From contig JBCBZT010000021.1 of NCBI GenBank assembly GCA_039815185.1, forward strand, positions 1 to 64,000: a stretch of DNA of 64,000 nucleotides. Direction: 5' to 3'. Source of the stretch: Cyanobacteria bacterium P01_A01_bin.123. GTDB taxonomy: Bacteria; Cyanobacteriota; Cyanobacteriia; Phormidesmidales; Phormidesmidaceae. Shown here piece by piece: positions 9,298-19,392 of the stretch. Position numbers and translations under genes: made by a program. Below the pieces are notes generated by a model that saw nothing but the letters and a program-made list of their open reading frames with translations, did not search any database and had not been told where the DNA came from. The stretch's first letter is position 1, and the number at the start of each line of letters is the position of its first letter.

Positions 9298-11217
9298 TTG
9301 TGGCTAAAGAAACGATTGAGCGCGCCATTGTCTGAACCGTTGGGCTCAACCCCACTGCCCCTGGTTAAAGATGCCGACAGATTGGCGTCCCGGTTAAAAG
9401 AAATTCCCCAAGAGCCGGGAGTTTATTTTATGCGGGATGCCAGCGACCAAATCCTGTACATCGGTAAATCTAAAAGTCTGCGATCGCGAGTGCGGTCTTA
9501 CTTCCGCGATCACTACCACCACACTCCCCGAATTACGATCATGGTGATGCAGGTGATGGACATTGAGTTCATCGTCACCGACACCGAAGCCGAAGCTTTA
9601 GCCCTAGAGGCCAATCTGATCAAGCAGCATCAGCCCCACTTCAATGTGCTGCTCAAAGATGATAAAAAATATCCCTATCTCTGTATTACCTGGTCAGAAG
9701 ACTATCCGCGTATCTTTATTACCCGTAAGCGGCGGAAAAATAACAAACGCGATCGCTACTATGGCCCCTATGTCGACACAGGCTTGCTGCGCCGTACCCT
9801 ACATTTGGCCAAACGAATCTTTCCAGTGCGGCAGCGCCCCCAACCTTTATTCAAAGATCGTCCCTGCCTCAATTACGACATTGGTCGTTGTCCAGGGGTG
9901 TGTCAACAGCTGATTAGCCCAGAAGATTACCACAAAACCATGCAGCGGGTGGTGATGGTGTTTCAGGGGCGCACTAAAGAACTGGTGGATATTTTGACCC
10001 AGCAAATGGCGACGGCTGCCGAAAAGCTCAATTTTGAACAGGCTGCCCAACTGAGGGATCAAATTCGAGGCATTCAATCCTTAACTGCCAACCAAAAAAC
10101 GGCCCTCTCTGACGATACGGTTTCTCGAGACGCGATCGCGCTCTCCGCTGACGATCAACATGCATCCATTCAGCTATTCCAAATTCGTGCAGGGCGCTTG
10201 GTAGGAAGATTAGGGTTTTTAGCTGATGCTCAGTCCGGGGAACCCGGCGCAATTTTGCAACGGGTATTAGAAGAGCACTATCCCACCGTCGATGATGTTG
10301 AAATTCCCTCAGAAATTTTGGTGCAGCACGACTTGCCCCAGGCTGATATTTTGCTGGAGTATCTCAGCCAACGTAGAGGCCGCAAAGTCTCTATAGAAAT
10401 GCCCCAACGCCAGACTAAGGCAGAACTGGTAGAGATGGTCGAACGCAACGCTCAGTATGAACTGGCGCGAACTCAGCGCTTTGCCGATCGCAATGCCCAA
10501 GCCATGCAAGATCTGGCAGAAATTTTAGACTTACCCGATTTGCCCCACCGGATTGAAGGCTACGACATTTCCCATATTCAGGGTTCAGATGCGGTGGGCT
10601 CTCAGGTCGTGTTTGTGGATGGTTTGCCCGCTAAGCAACATTATCGCCATTACAAAATCAAAAATCCCACTGTACACAGCGGCCATTCTGACGACTTCGC
10701 CAGTATGGCTGAAGTCATTCGCCGTCGCTTTCGACGCTACGCAACCGATGCTTCGGTGGAACGGGTGGGTAACCCAGACTGGCCTGATGTGGTGATGATC
10801 GATGGTGGCAAAGGCCAGCTTTCAGCCGTGGTGGCGGAACTGCGAGAGATGAACTTGCTTCCAGAAGTGCGGGTGGTGAGTTTAGCAAAACAGCGCGAAG
10901 AAATCTTTCTGCCGGGGGAATCGATTCCCCTGACAACTGAAGCAGAGCAACCCGGCGTCCAACTCTTGCGACGTCTGCGGGACGAGGCCCATCGCTTTGC
11001 CGTCAGTTTTCACCGCAAAAAACGTAGCGATCGCATGCGGCGATCGCGCCTCTCTGACATTCCAGGCCTAGGACATCATCGTCAAAAACAACTGCTGTCG
11101 ACGTTTCGATCGATTGACTACATTCGTGAAGCATCCCCAGAGCAATTAACCACCGTCGCTGGCATCGGCCCCCAACTGGCCCAACAAATTTATGATTATT
11201 TTCATCCCCAGCCATAA
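9298..11217 (+). CDS. uvrC: Excinuclease ABC subunit C (start uncertain)
   Basis: GIY-YIG (PGVYFM..LYIGKS), UVR domain, RNase H-like IEGYDISH and [15 protein letters not shown], HhH. Confidence 0.97.
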   Translation: MWLKKRLSAPLSEPLGSTPLPLVKDADRLASRLKEIPQEPGVYFMRDASDQILYIGKSKSLRSRVRSYFRDHYHHTPRITIMVMQVMDIEFIVTDTEAEALALEANLIKQHQPHFNVLLKDDKKYPYLCITWSEDYPRIFITRKRRKNNKRDRYYGPYVDTGLLRRTLHLAKRIFPVRQRPQPLFKDRPCLNYDIGRCPGVCQQLISPEDYHKTMQRVVMVFQGRTKELVDILTQQMATAAEKLNFEQAAQLRDQIRGIQSLTANQKTALSDDTVSRDAIALSADDQHASIQLFQIRAGRLVGRLGFLADAQSGEPGAILQRVLEEHYPTVDDVEIPSEILVQHDLPQADILLEYLSQRRGRKVSIEMPQRQTKAELVEMVERNAQYELARTQRFADRNAQAMQDLAEILDLPDLPHRIEGYDISHIQGSDAVGSQVVFVDGLPAKQHYRHYKIKNPTVHSGHSDDFASMAEVIRRRFRRYATDASVERVGNPDWPDVVMIDGGKGQLSAVVAELREMNLLPEVRVVSLAKQREEIFLPGESIPLTTEAEQPGVQLLRRLRDEAHRFAVSFHRKKRSDRMRRSRLSDIPGLGHHRQKQLLSTFRSIDYIREASPEQLTTVAGIGPQLAQQIYDYFHPQP

Positions 11218-11556
11218 GTGGGTTGAGAAAATCACGCCTTAGTCATTTCTGAAGTGATTCCAAAGCCTTAAGGTGTCGGGCCGCCATCTTTTTGGAAGAT
11301 GGAGCTAATACTGTAGCTAAAAATACTAAACGTCTCGTCCATCATAAATTTCCAGAAAATCTTCCAATTTGCAGATCAAAAACCTCCCTTAAGACAGCGC
11401 TTTGATAAAGTTTTAAAAATTAATTCGTTGCAATAGATCAAATCCCCGCGCTGAGCGATTTTTGGGCATTTTAATATAAATTTTAGGGTCTGGACAAGCC
11501 TGTAAGTGTTCAAGACGAGAACCCGCTAAAACCCTACCTAAATCAGTTACTCCAGC

Positions 11557-11595
11557 GCTGGGATCGCTCTCAAAAAAGGCGATCCCAGCATTTTT
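11557..11595 (+). terminator. Rho-independent terminator-like hairpin
   Basis: GCTGGGATCGC-loop-GCGATCCCAGC-ATTTTT. Confidence 0.65.
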
Positions 11596-11798
11596 ATCAG
11601 TAGTGATATAGTTTGCTGCTCCACGGGAAAGTTGACATAATAGATATATTCGTTAAGCAACATTTGATAACTTTGCATCAAGTGAACAAATATATAGAAT
11701 TTGTTTTTTGTTCATTGTGTTTAACAAACTGTCTGTTCAAGTTAGCGCTGTTTTAAGTTGCTGATTGATTTATATCCGTATATGACTGGAGTTCACCC

Positions 11799-11981
11799 AT
11801 GACAATGACCCATAGCCTGCACTGTCCAAATTGCGGCCATTCGGCTGCAGAGAGACACTATCTATCCAGCGATTCCATCATCAGGACTCAGTGCCCTCGT
11901 TGCGATTACTTGATGATTACCTGTTCAAACACAGGTAAAGTGATCGAGGCCTACGCACCTGGTTTACCTGCCCTTAGGTAG
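11799..11981 (+). CDS. Small conserved cyanobacterial Zn-ribbon protein
   Basis: CPNC...AERHY...TQCPRCDYLMITC...VIEAYAPG; GGAG RBS upstream. Confidence 0.8.
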   Translation: MTMTHSLHCPNCGHSAAERHYLSSDSIIRTQCPRCDYLMITCSNTGKVIEAYAPGLPALR

Positions 11982-12125
11982 GGTCATCGCGATGGCGGTG
12001 ATTGCTCCATGAGCAAATAGGCTTAGCCCCATATCCGGCAGCAATTCTCTACATATGCTTGAAAAGCTGAGTGTGTTTGAGCCTACCGCCATCAAACCCC
12101 ACTCGGGTCACGATACAGAACCCAA

Positions 12126-13220
12126 TTACGATGCTTGTGACGCCCGGAGTTGGCCGCAAGCCGCATCTTTTTCTAAGCCGCGTGAATATCGGATGCTGAC
12201 TGCAATGTGTTCTTGTTGCAATACATCCATGAACTGCTGCACCCGCTGTTCAGAGGGGCGCTGGTAATCGACTTCAGCAATCGGATTATAGGGAATTAAG
12301 TTCACATGGCTTTGAAATCCGCGCAGATGTTGGGCCAGTTCCATCGCGTGATCGGGTTCATCATTGAGTTGGGCCAGCAGGATGTACTCAAAGGTCACCC
12401 GTCGCCCCGTCAGGCGAACATAGTCTCGACATTCACCCAGCAATGCCTTGAGCGGATACGGGGTCGCGCTAGGGATGAGTTTCTCGCGCAAGACCTGATT
12501 AGAGGCATGCAAACTCACTGCCAAAGTCACCTGCAAGCCATAGTCAGCCAGTCGTCGGATGCGCCCCGGAATCCCTACCGTGGATACGGTTATATTGCGC
12601 TGGCCAATCCCCACATCTTGATTGAGCGATCGCACCGCGGCTACCACTGCATCCGTATTCAGTAACGGTTCACCCATGCCCATAAACACAATATTGCTGA
12701 CCCGTTGCTGAAAGTCTTCCTGCACGGTCAAAACTTGATCCACAATTTCATGGGTGGCTAAATTGCGGACAAAGCCCCCCTTGCCCGTGGCGCAAAAATC
12801 ACAAGCCATCGGGCACCCCACCTGGGAAGACACGCATACCGTGAGTCGGCGATCGCTAGGGATGCCGACGGTTTCGATAATTTGGCCATCGGCTAACTTG
12901 AGCAAAAACTTAACCGCCCCATCTGGCGCTTGAGAACGCAGGTGCAGGCTTGAACGACCAATCTCAACGGTCGCTACCTGTGAACGCCACTGTTTTGGGA
13001 AGACGGTAATCTCAGCTAGCGATCGCGCCCCCTTATGATAGAGCCACTGGTGCAATTGCTTGCCACGATAAGCCGGTTGCCCCTGGGTTTGCACCCAATC
13101 AACTAAAGCAGCTTGGGATTGACCGAGTAAAGGCAAGACTTTAGATTGCGCGACTGCTTGAGCGAGATTCGGCGGAGAAGACGGTTCAGCATTGAACCCA
13201 GAAGCGGGAAGGGGTGTCAT
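12126..13220 (-). CDS. rlmN: 23S rRNA (A2503-C2) methyltransferase
   Basis: [38 protein letters not shown]. Confidence 0.97.
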   Translation of the reverse strand: MTPLPASGFNAEPSSPPNLAQAVAQSKVLPLLGQSQAALVDWVQTQGQPAYRGKQLHQWLYHKGARSLAEITVFPKQWRSQVATVEIGRSSLHLRSQAPDGAVKFLLKLADGQIIETVGIPSDRRLTVCVSSQVGCPMACDFCATGKGGFVRNLATHEIVDQVLTVQEDFQQRVSNIVFMGMGEPLLNTDAVVAAVRSLNQDVGIGQRNITVSTVGIPGRIRRLADYGLQVTLAVSLHASNQVLREKLIPSATPYPLKALLGECRDYVRLTGRRVTFEYILLAQLNDEPDHAMELAQHLRGFQSHVNLIPYNPIAEVDYQRPSEQRVQQFMDVLQQEHIAVSIRYSRGLEKDAACGQLRASQAS

Positions 13221-13229
13221 GGTAATTTG

Positions 13230-14075
13230 CTAAGACTCCCCACCATTCGAGGAGCCACGGTTGATTTCGGGCATGTCGTTCATTAATTCCACGAGCCCTT
13301 CTGAAAGGAACTTTGGATCCATAAAGACCACTTTTGAGTTGTTGCTTTCCCCGAGTTTTTGGTTTGCCTCCACATACTGCTGGGCCAGCAAAAACTGCAA
13401 AATTTGACGTCGGCTACCTGGATCTTGCAAGGATTGGGACAATAACTGCATCGATCTGACTGTCCCTTCCGCGCGGGTGATAGCGGCTTGCTTTTCCCCC
13501 TCAGCTTCAGAAATCGCGGCGCGTTTTTTGATCTCTGCGGCTTGCTGTAGCTGCATGGAGTCTTTCACTTCCTTGGGGGGATCAATTTTTTGGACTTCCA
13601 CCCGGGTTACCTTCACGCCCCAGGGTTCAGTGGCTTCATCGAGTTGATCCAGCAGAGTTTTATTTAATTCATCACGGGAGGAGAAGGTTTCCTCCAGCTT
13701 CATCTTACCAATGGCGGAACGTAGGGTTGTCGTCACCAGTTCTTGAATGCCGTTTTCGACATCTTCGATGGCGTAGTAAGTGCGTTCTAAATCTAGAATT
13801 TTCCAATATACGACTGCATCAACATTTAAGGGCACATTGTCCGTGGTGATTGCCGATTGGGGTTCAGTATCCAGAATTTGCTCCCGTACGGTGTCTTCTA
13901 ACACAATGCTATCCAGCACGGGGATCACAAAATTTAAGCCGGGTCTGAGTTTACGCTGATAGCGGCCTAGCCGCTCGACTAAGGCTTCATTACCTTGTTT
14001 GATAATGCGCACAGAGCCAACCGTGTAGCCAATGACAACGAACGCCAAAATGCCGAAAATTGAAGAAGGCCCCAT
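13230..14075 (-). CDS. SPFH/Band 7 stomatin-like protein
   Basis: N-terminal TM, LVERLGRY, AITTDNV, PWGVKVTRVEV. Confidence 0.92.
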   Translation of the reverse strand: MGPSSIFGILAFVVIGYTVGSVRIIKQGNEALVERLGRYQRKLRPGLNFVIPVLDSIVLEDTVREQILDTEPQSAITTDNVPLNVDAVVYWKILDLERTYYAIEDVENGIQELVTTTLRSAIGKMKLEETFSSRDELNKTLLDQLDEATEPWGVKVTRVEVQKIDPPKEVKDSMQLQQAAEIKKRAAISEAEGEKQAAITRAEGTVRSMQLLSQSLQDPGSRRQILQFLLAQQYVEANQKLGESNNSKVVFMDPKFLSEGLVELMNDMPEINRGSSNGGES

Positions 14076-14138
14076 ACCTGGTGTGCTCCGGGGGCTCTGC
14101 CCCAATGTAAAACTGGATTACTTACTATATCGAATAGT

Positions 14139-14609
14139 CTAGTCTTGGGGCTTATCTAGCGTGTCAAATTGGGCCAGGATTGGCGTAACAATTAACGTGT
14201 TGCCTTGGCGGGCAACCACGCTGACAGTGTCTCCCTCTGCAAGATAGACGTCGCTGATTTGGCAACGAGCGTTCCACAACGCCCCCTCGTAGAGAACCTT
14301 ACCCATTTCTTGGGGCAAAATCGAGGTAGCAACCTGGGCCGTCGCATCATGTTTTAGGGCGGGTGAGGGGTTGGGGACGAAATTTCTGAGCAATAAGGCG
14401 AGCGCGATCGATAAAAGACCCCAAACGAGAAATTGTTGACTCAAAACGGGCATGCTAAGGGAGATAATCGAGGTGCCAACCCCTGCTCCGCCCATGGCGA
14501 GTAACAAGGGACGGTGAGCCACTAGGCTAATAGATAGGAACCCCAAACTGATCAATAACCACATCAACGATGGGTTTTGATCAGCAAGCGACTGGATAAA
14601 CTCGACCAC
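14139..14609 (-). CDS. NfeD family protein (SPFH partner)
   Basis: TM helices plus OB-fold GKVLYEGALWNARC and QGNTLIV; directly upstream of the SPFH gene. Confidence 0.88.
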   Translation of the reverse strand: MVEFIQSLADQNPSLMWLLISLGFLSISLVAHRPLLLAMGGAGVGTSIISLSMPVLSQQFLVWGLLSIALALLLRNFVPNPSPALKHDATAQVATSILPQEMGKVLYEGALWNARCQISDVYLAEGDTVSVVARQGNTLIVTPILAQFDTLDKPQD

Positions 14610-14696
14610 GAAAATGCCTCCCCTGAAATTACGATCCTGGCATCCCTAATCAAAGATCCAGATCGAACGCAATCTATTTCTGAAACTAAACCGGAT

Positions 14697-15311
14697 ATGA
14701 CGAAACTCTCACCTTTCTTAACTGTGCAAAGCGCTTTGATCCCCTTACTGTCTGCGATCGCCTGTATCGGGGTCTTCACTACCGCTCATCAAACGGCTGA
14801 GGCTCAAGTTCAGGGCGTTTGCTTCGTAGAAAACGAAACGGGGCAGGTCTTTGACCTATCAGCCCTCTGTGGTGAGTCAGATTTAGAGAGTGGGTTGCTA
14901 CCGCGTCCGACCTTATCTACCGGAGATATCCAGGTCACGCTAGATTGGTCAGGATTCGACGATTTGGATTTGGCAGTTGTGGATCCTGCTGGGGATACTA
15001 TTGGCTATTTTAACCCTAGGGTAGCTTCTGGTGGCGCTTTGGATGTTGATGCCAACGCCTTTTGCTTTGACATCATGAGCAATCCCGTAGAAAACATCTT
15101 CTGGCCCGATGGGGAAGCACCGCCAGGAGAATATACCGTGATTGTTAATCTCTATGCTCTGTGTGACGGCGTTGAGCAGCCTGCTAGCCCCAACGCTAGC
15201 CGCGCAGTGGACTTTTCCTTAAGAGTTTTGGTGCAAGGCGAGATCCGAGAATTTAGCGGCGCAGTCAGCCCAGCGCAACCCGATGCCCAATATAGCTTCA
15301 GTTCACCCTAG
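14697..15311 (+). CDS. Secreted protein with YfaP/DUF2135-like domain
   Basis: Signal peptide; GDIQVTLDW..DLDLAVVDP, LDVDAN, PVENIFW, GEYTVIV. Confidence 0.7.
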   Translation: MTKLSPFLTVQSALIPLLSAIACIGVFTTAHQTAEAQVQGVCFVENETGQVFDLSALCGESDLESGLLPRPTLSTGDIQVTLDWSGFDDLDLAVVDPAGDTIGYFNPRVASGGALDVDANAFCFDIMSNPVENIFWPDGEAPPGEYTVIVNLYALCDGVEQPASPNASRAVDFSLRVLVQGEIREFSGAVSPAQPDAQYSFSSP

Positions 15312-15318
15312 GTCATGC

Positions 15319-15636
15319 TTAAACGCGGTTAGCGGTCATCACCATCGGCACCAAAGCCACCAGACCTGCCACAATCATCAAGGCGGCGGGCATGGCTTTG
15401 CGGGTTTTAATCAGGCGGATAATGAATACCACGATCAAGAGCGCAGTCACAACCAGGCTAAGGATCACACCAGCGGGGTTGCCTTGACTCGCTAAAAGTG
15501 CTCCGACCAGTAGCAATAGGCCACTCACTAGTCCGGAAATCAGAGAAACTTTACTACTCGCTTGGGCAAAACCAATGATGCCGCCCACTATGGCTAATAA
15601 ACCATAGGCGATTGCAGCTAAAATGCCTAAACTCAT
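15319..15636 (-). CDS. TMEM14 family small membrane protein
   Basis: YGLLAIVGGIIGF, SKVSLISG, KTRKAMPA. Confidence 0.88.
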   Translation of the reverse strand: MSLGILAAIAYGLLAIVGGIIGFAQASSKVSLISGLVSGLLLLVGALLASQGNPAGVILSLVVTALLIVVFIIRLIKTRKAMPAALMIVAGLVALVPMVMTANRV

Positions 15637-15809
15637 GATTGCAACACGCTTGAATTACACCTTGGCCATGTCCAGATCTGGTGTTTTTCCCTCAGGGTGA
15701 AAATTCCAGTCTTCAGATCGGACATGATTGAACTGGGTTTATCCTCCCAGGTTCTCGATGGCATTGCTGCAAATGATTGGGATTTGTTACATTCAACTGC
15801 GTTTTTAGC

Positions 15810-17108
15810 ATGGGCTATCTTGACCCCATTGTGCTCGACACCCTCGGGCATTACCGCCGCCAGGCGGCGAGTTTACTGATTTATCAGGCTGTTTTAGACA
15901 CCCCGCCCAGTCAAGCATTTCTGCACCTGCTGGGTGTCCTTGAAGCGGGTGAGTCTGAGGTCATCCTCCGCGCCTATGGTCGGTGGTTTAAGACTTTGGC
16001 TAATGCTCAACAAACCTGGCAGAGTCATCTGATTCAGCAGATTTTGCGGGCTGAGAATGGGTTCACGCATCAGATTCAACAGTCATCCCTAGAGGCGCTT
16101 CCCCCAGCCCTGGTTAATGCGGTGCGCCATGACTTGCAAGCCCTCCAGCAGTTGTATCTTTGCCAAGGCAACCAGTTGAGTATCTGGGTTCGTCAAGCCG
16201 CACAGATGCCTGAAACGCCCGTCGTGTGGGATGCCGATACGATTCAAGCACCCGTTGCTTTCCCATCACTACCCGATTGGAGTACGGGCTTAGCAGAACT
16301 GGCGGACTATTATCAACAGAAAGGCATCGGGCTCTTTGCAGACTATCGCGTCCTCCGCTGGCAACAAGGCAAACTCGTGGGTATTGCCCACCCGGATGAA
16401 AGCCGACTTGATCAACTGGTGGGTTACGCTTTGCCAAAGCAGACACTGATTCAAAATACTGAATTTTTACTGTCCGGGTTTACGGCGCTCCACGTCTTGC
16501 TTTATGGCAGTCGCGGTTCTGGTAAGTCGTCTTTGGTTAAGGCATTGGCAAATCACTATGGCGATCGCGGTTTGCGTCTGATCGAAGTCACCAAAGCCGA
16601 TTTGTACCATTTGCCACACATTGTTGAACAGCTGCGGTCTGTCCCGCAAAAATTCATCATCTTTGTAGATGATTTGTCTTTTGAGGAAGATGATGAAGCC
16701 TTCAAAGCCCTAAAAGTGGTGTTAGAAGGAAGCGTTACAGCGCGCCCACAAAATGTGGTGGTTTATGCCACTTCTAATCGACGGCATTTGATTCGGGAAT
16801 TCTTTGGCGATCGCCCCCGCCCCAGCGATGCCGACGAAATCCACAACTGGGATACGGTTCAAGAAAAACTCTCGTTTAGCGATCGCTTTGGCCTCACCCT
16901 CACCTTTGAACCCGCTGACCAATCTACTTATCTGGAAATTGTGCGTCACCTGGCAGCCCAAGCCCAGCTTAATATCTCGCCAGAAGACCTGGAATATCGA
17001 TCGCTCCAGTGGGCTACTCGCCGCAACGGTCGCTCGGGACGCACAGCCCGTCAGTTTATCGACTATCTCACTGCCGAGCTAGCCACTATGAACAACTCGA
17101 CACGCTAG
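15810..17108 (+). CDS. DUF815 family AAA+ ATP-binding protein
   Basis: Walker A YGSRGSGKSS, FVDDLSFE, YATSNRRH, LSFSDRFG, RSGRTARQF. Confidence 0.9.
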   Translation: MGYLDPIVLDTLGHYRRQAASLLIYQAVLDTPPSQAFLHLLGVLEAGESEVILRAYGRWFKTLANAQQTWQSHLIQQILRAENGFTHQIQQSSLEALPPALVNAVRHDLQALQQLYLCQGNQLSIWVRQAAQMPETPVVWDADTIQAPVAFPSLPDWSTGLAELADYYQQKGIGLFADYRVLRWQQGKLVGIAHPDESRLDQLVGYALPKQTLIQNTEFLLSGFTALHVLLYGSRGSGKSSLVKALANHYGDRGLRLIEVTKADLYHLPHIVEQLRSVPQKFIIFVDDLSFEEDDEAFKALKVVLEGSVTARPQNVVVYATSNRRHLIREFFGDRPRPSDADEIHNWDTVQEKLSFSDRFGLTLTFEPADQSTYLEIVRHLAAQAQLNISPEDLEYRSLQWATRRNGRSGRTARQFIDYLTAELATMNNSTR

Positions 17109-19104
17109 TGGAATTTGTGTCATCCAGTGTTGCATCCGGCAATGCAGCTGCATTGCTAAACATGTTGATCACATCAAAGGTATTGGTATTTAGGGTATCT
17201 AGGTTAGACCGCCCGACAATTTGGAAATTCCCTGGAATAGCTGTCGTAGCATCGAACCGATTGAGCAAATATAGATCCAAATCATTGCTGAACGGCACCC
17301 CCAAAGAAGGTGGCATGGCGCTGGTATTGCCAGATAGTTCGAAGCACACCTGGCTGCTGTCCGACTGAGTTGCCACGCCAATGCTGGCAGCGGGTGGTGT
17401 GGCTGCAGTACCTGCGCTGGTAATGGTGTTGTGGGTAATCACTGCATTTGCAACCGTTGAACCACTACCAGGCGTGAGCAGGTTCGGGGCCGAGAGGGTA
17501 TCAACCCCAATGCCAATGCCAAATCGTCCGGTGGCGGTGATTTGATTTTGGGTCACAATCGCCTGGGTGAGTTCACTATTGCCGTGGGCACCAATGCCAA
17601 TGCCATCTCTGCCCACTGTATTGATCTCATTATTTTGAATCGTGACATCGCTGAGCGTACTGCCCGCTGAGGCACCCACAAAAATGCCGTCATAGTTTGT
17701 CACGTTCTCAATTGTGTTGTGTTCAATCACGATATTGCCAGAGGTGCCACCAGTATCTGCACCTACAAAAACGCCGAAGTTTTGTGCACTAGTAATCTGA
17801 TTGAATTGAATTGCTACATCAGTCACGTTGTTGGCCTCAATGCCGCTGCCTGCTGAAGCAGCAATCTCAAACCCTGATAGGCGCGTTTGGTTGCCCATCG
17901 TTACTGTCCCGGCCAGCTGGGGCAACGTGCCTACCCCAGAATCCGGCAATTGCACACGCCCAAACTGAGTATCGACGGTTTGAACTGGCCCCACGGAAAG
18001 GACTTGTACCCCGTCCGGAATAGTAAATCCACCACCTGCATGGCCCGTTTGTACATAAACGATGTCGCCACTGTTGGCGATGCCTACCGTGTTGGCAACT
18101 GTGTTGCGAGGTGTTTCAACGGCACCGTTACTGCCTATAGCTGATCCGGTATGGGGATCCACATGGCGAAACACATAGGCGTTGCCTGTGGCTGGATCGG
18201 TGGCGACTTGGGTTTGTTCGACCAACACAATCGCCCCCTGGCGATGAACCGATTCATTGCCTCGTGCCCAGACGGTTGCAGGTGAGTCCTGTGACGCGGG
18301 GGAGTGTGGGTTTAGATCAATCCCTACTTGAAATAAAACACTCGTACCAAATAAGCTGTCGTGCTGTAAGCCTAACCCAGTCGTCAGGTAAGGGGCAGGC
18401 TGGAGGGTGAGTTCCACCCGTCCCCCAATCGTATCGGCGATATTATGGGCAGTGTAGACATACAAGTCTCCACTGGCCCGCAGTCCTCCGCCGTTTTCAA
18501 ACCGCAACAGTTCAGCGCCGACACCGATATCAGCACCCGTCATCGCCGCTTGGATCGGCACCAATAGCGCATTACCTTGAAACTGTGGGGTGCCGTTCAA
18601 ACGACTATTATCACCCACCGGTAAATAAACATTGGCGTGGGCATCCCAACCGTCACCGAGCAACTCAGCGCCTAATCCTAACTGATAAAAGGTATTGCCA
18701 CTGTTAGCGTTGCGAATATCAACAGCCACATAGCCCCCCAGCCAGTATTGATTGGCCGGATCAAACACGCGATGGCCAAAAACCACATTACCCCCAAGGC
18801 TGGCGTCGTTGTCGAGCAAGACACGACCTTCAATAAATGAGAGAGCCCCATCGGGGGTTTGCATGAGGGGAAATAAGCCTTCAAGACTGCCGTATCCGGT
18901 ATATCCACTGCCACTGTTTTGATAGTTCACCCGGTAGCGGGATGAGTGTAGCGGGTGGGTTGGATTGGATTGGGAGATGGGCTGGGAAACTGGGGCTCCA
19001 ATATCAGGGGAGGGGTTGGCCAGCGCAATGGCAGGCGCGAAAAAAAATCCAAGCGCGATCGAATTGGCGCACTGAACCGTGCGCCTCAGACGGAGATGAT
19101 CCAT
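17086..19104 (-). CDS. Outer-membrane beta-barrel (inverse-autotransporter-like) with right-handed beta-helix passenger
   Basis: Signal peptide, N-terminal amphipathic beta-strands (FYQLGLGAE..WDAHANVYLP, QHDSLFGT), C-terminal IxxNxI parallel beta-helix repeats. Confidence 0.72.
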   Translation of the reverse strand: MDHLRLRRTVQCANSIALGFFFAPAIALANPSPDIGAPVSQPISQSNPTHPLHSSRYRVNYQNSGSGYTGYGSLEGLFPLMQTPDGALSFIEGRVLLDNDASLGGNVVFGHRVFDPANQYWLGGYVAVDIRNANSGNTFYQLGLGAELLGDGWDAHANVYLPVGDNSRLNGTPQFQGNALLVPIQAAMTGADIGVGAELLRFENGGGLRASGDLYVYTAHNIADTIGGRVELTLQPAPYLTTGLGLQHDSLFGTSVLFQVGIDLNPHSPASQDSPATVWARGNESVHRQGAIVLVEQTQVATDPATGNAYVFRHVDPHTGSAIGSNGAVETPRNTVANTVGIANSGDIVYVQTGHAGGGFTIPDGVQVLSVGPVQTVDTQFGRVQLPDSGVGTLPQLAGTVTMGNQTRLSGFEIAASAGSGIEANNVTDVAIQFNQITSAQNFGVFVGADTGGTSGNIVIEHNTIENVTNYDGIFVGASAGSTLSDVTIQNNEINTVGRDGIGIGAHGNSELTQAIVTQNQITATGRFGIGIGVDTLSAPNLLTPGSGSTVANAVITHNTITSAGTAATPPAASIGVATQSDSSQVCFELSGNTSAMPPSLGVPFSNDLDLYLLNRFDATTAIPGNFQIVGRSNLDTLNTNTFDVINMFSNAAALPDATLDDTNSTSVSSCS

Positions 19105-19392
19105 GATCTTCAGGAACTGAGTCGTTTTTGATAGTTGATTCTCTCAGAATTCCCGTGATTTCAACGTTTCCTCAGGATCCGGATAATAGCAGCAAAATTT
19201 TATAATGTAGCAACCAATACGAAATTATGATGAGGTTCGCAGTGTCAATCCGCTTTGTGTGGCTGTAAGCCACGGTGTCGATCTGTCTAGAACGTCGCAA
19301 ACAGACTCAATGCTCTTAACAATGCGTCTGATAATCGCCCGTACTGTCAGGCCATTCTCTTGGGGCAGCAAAGTGAATGGATGTATCTGCAA

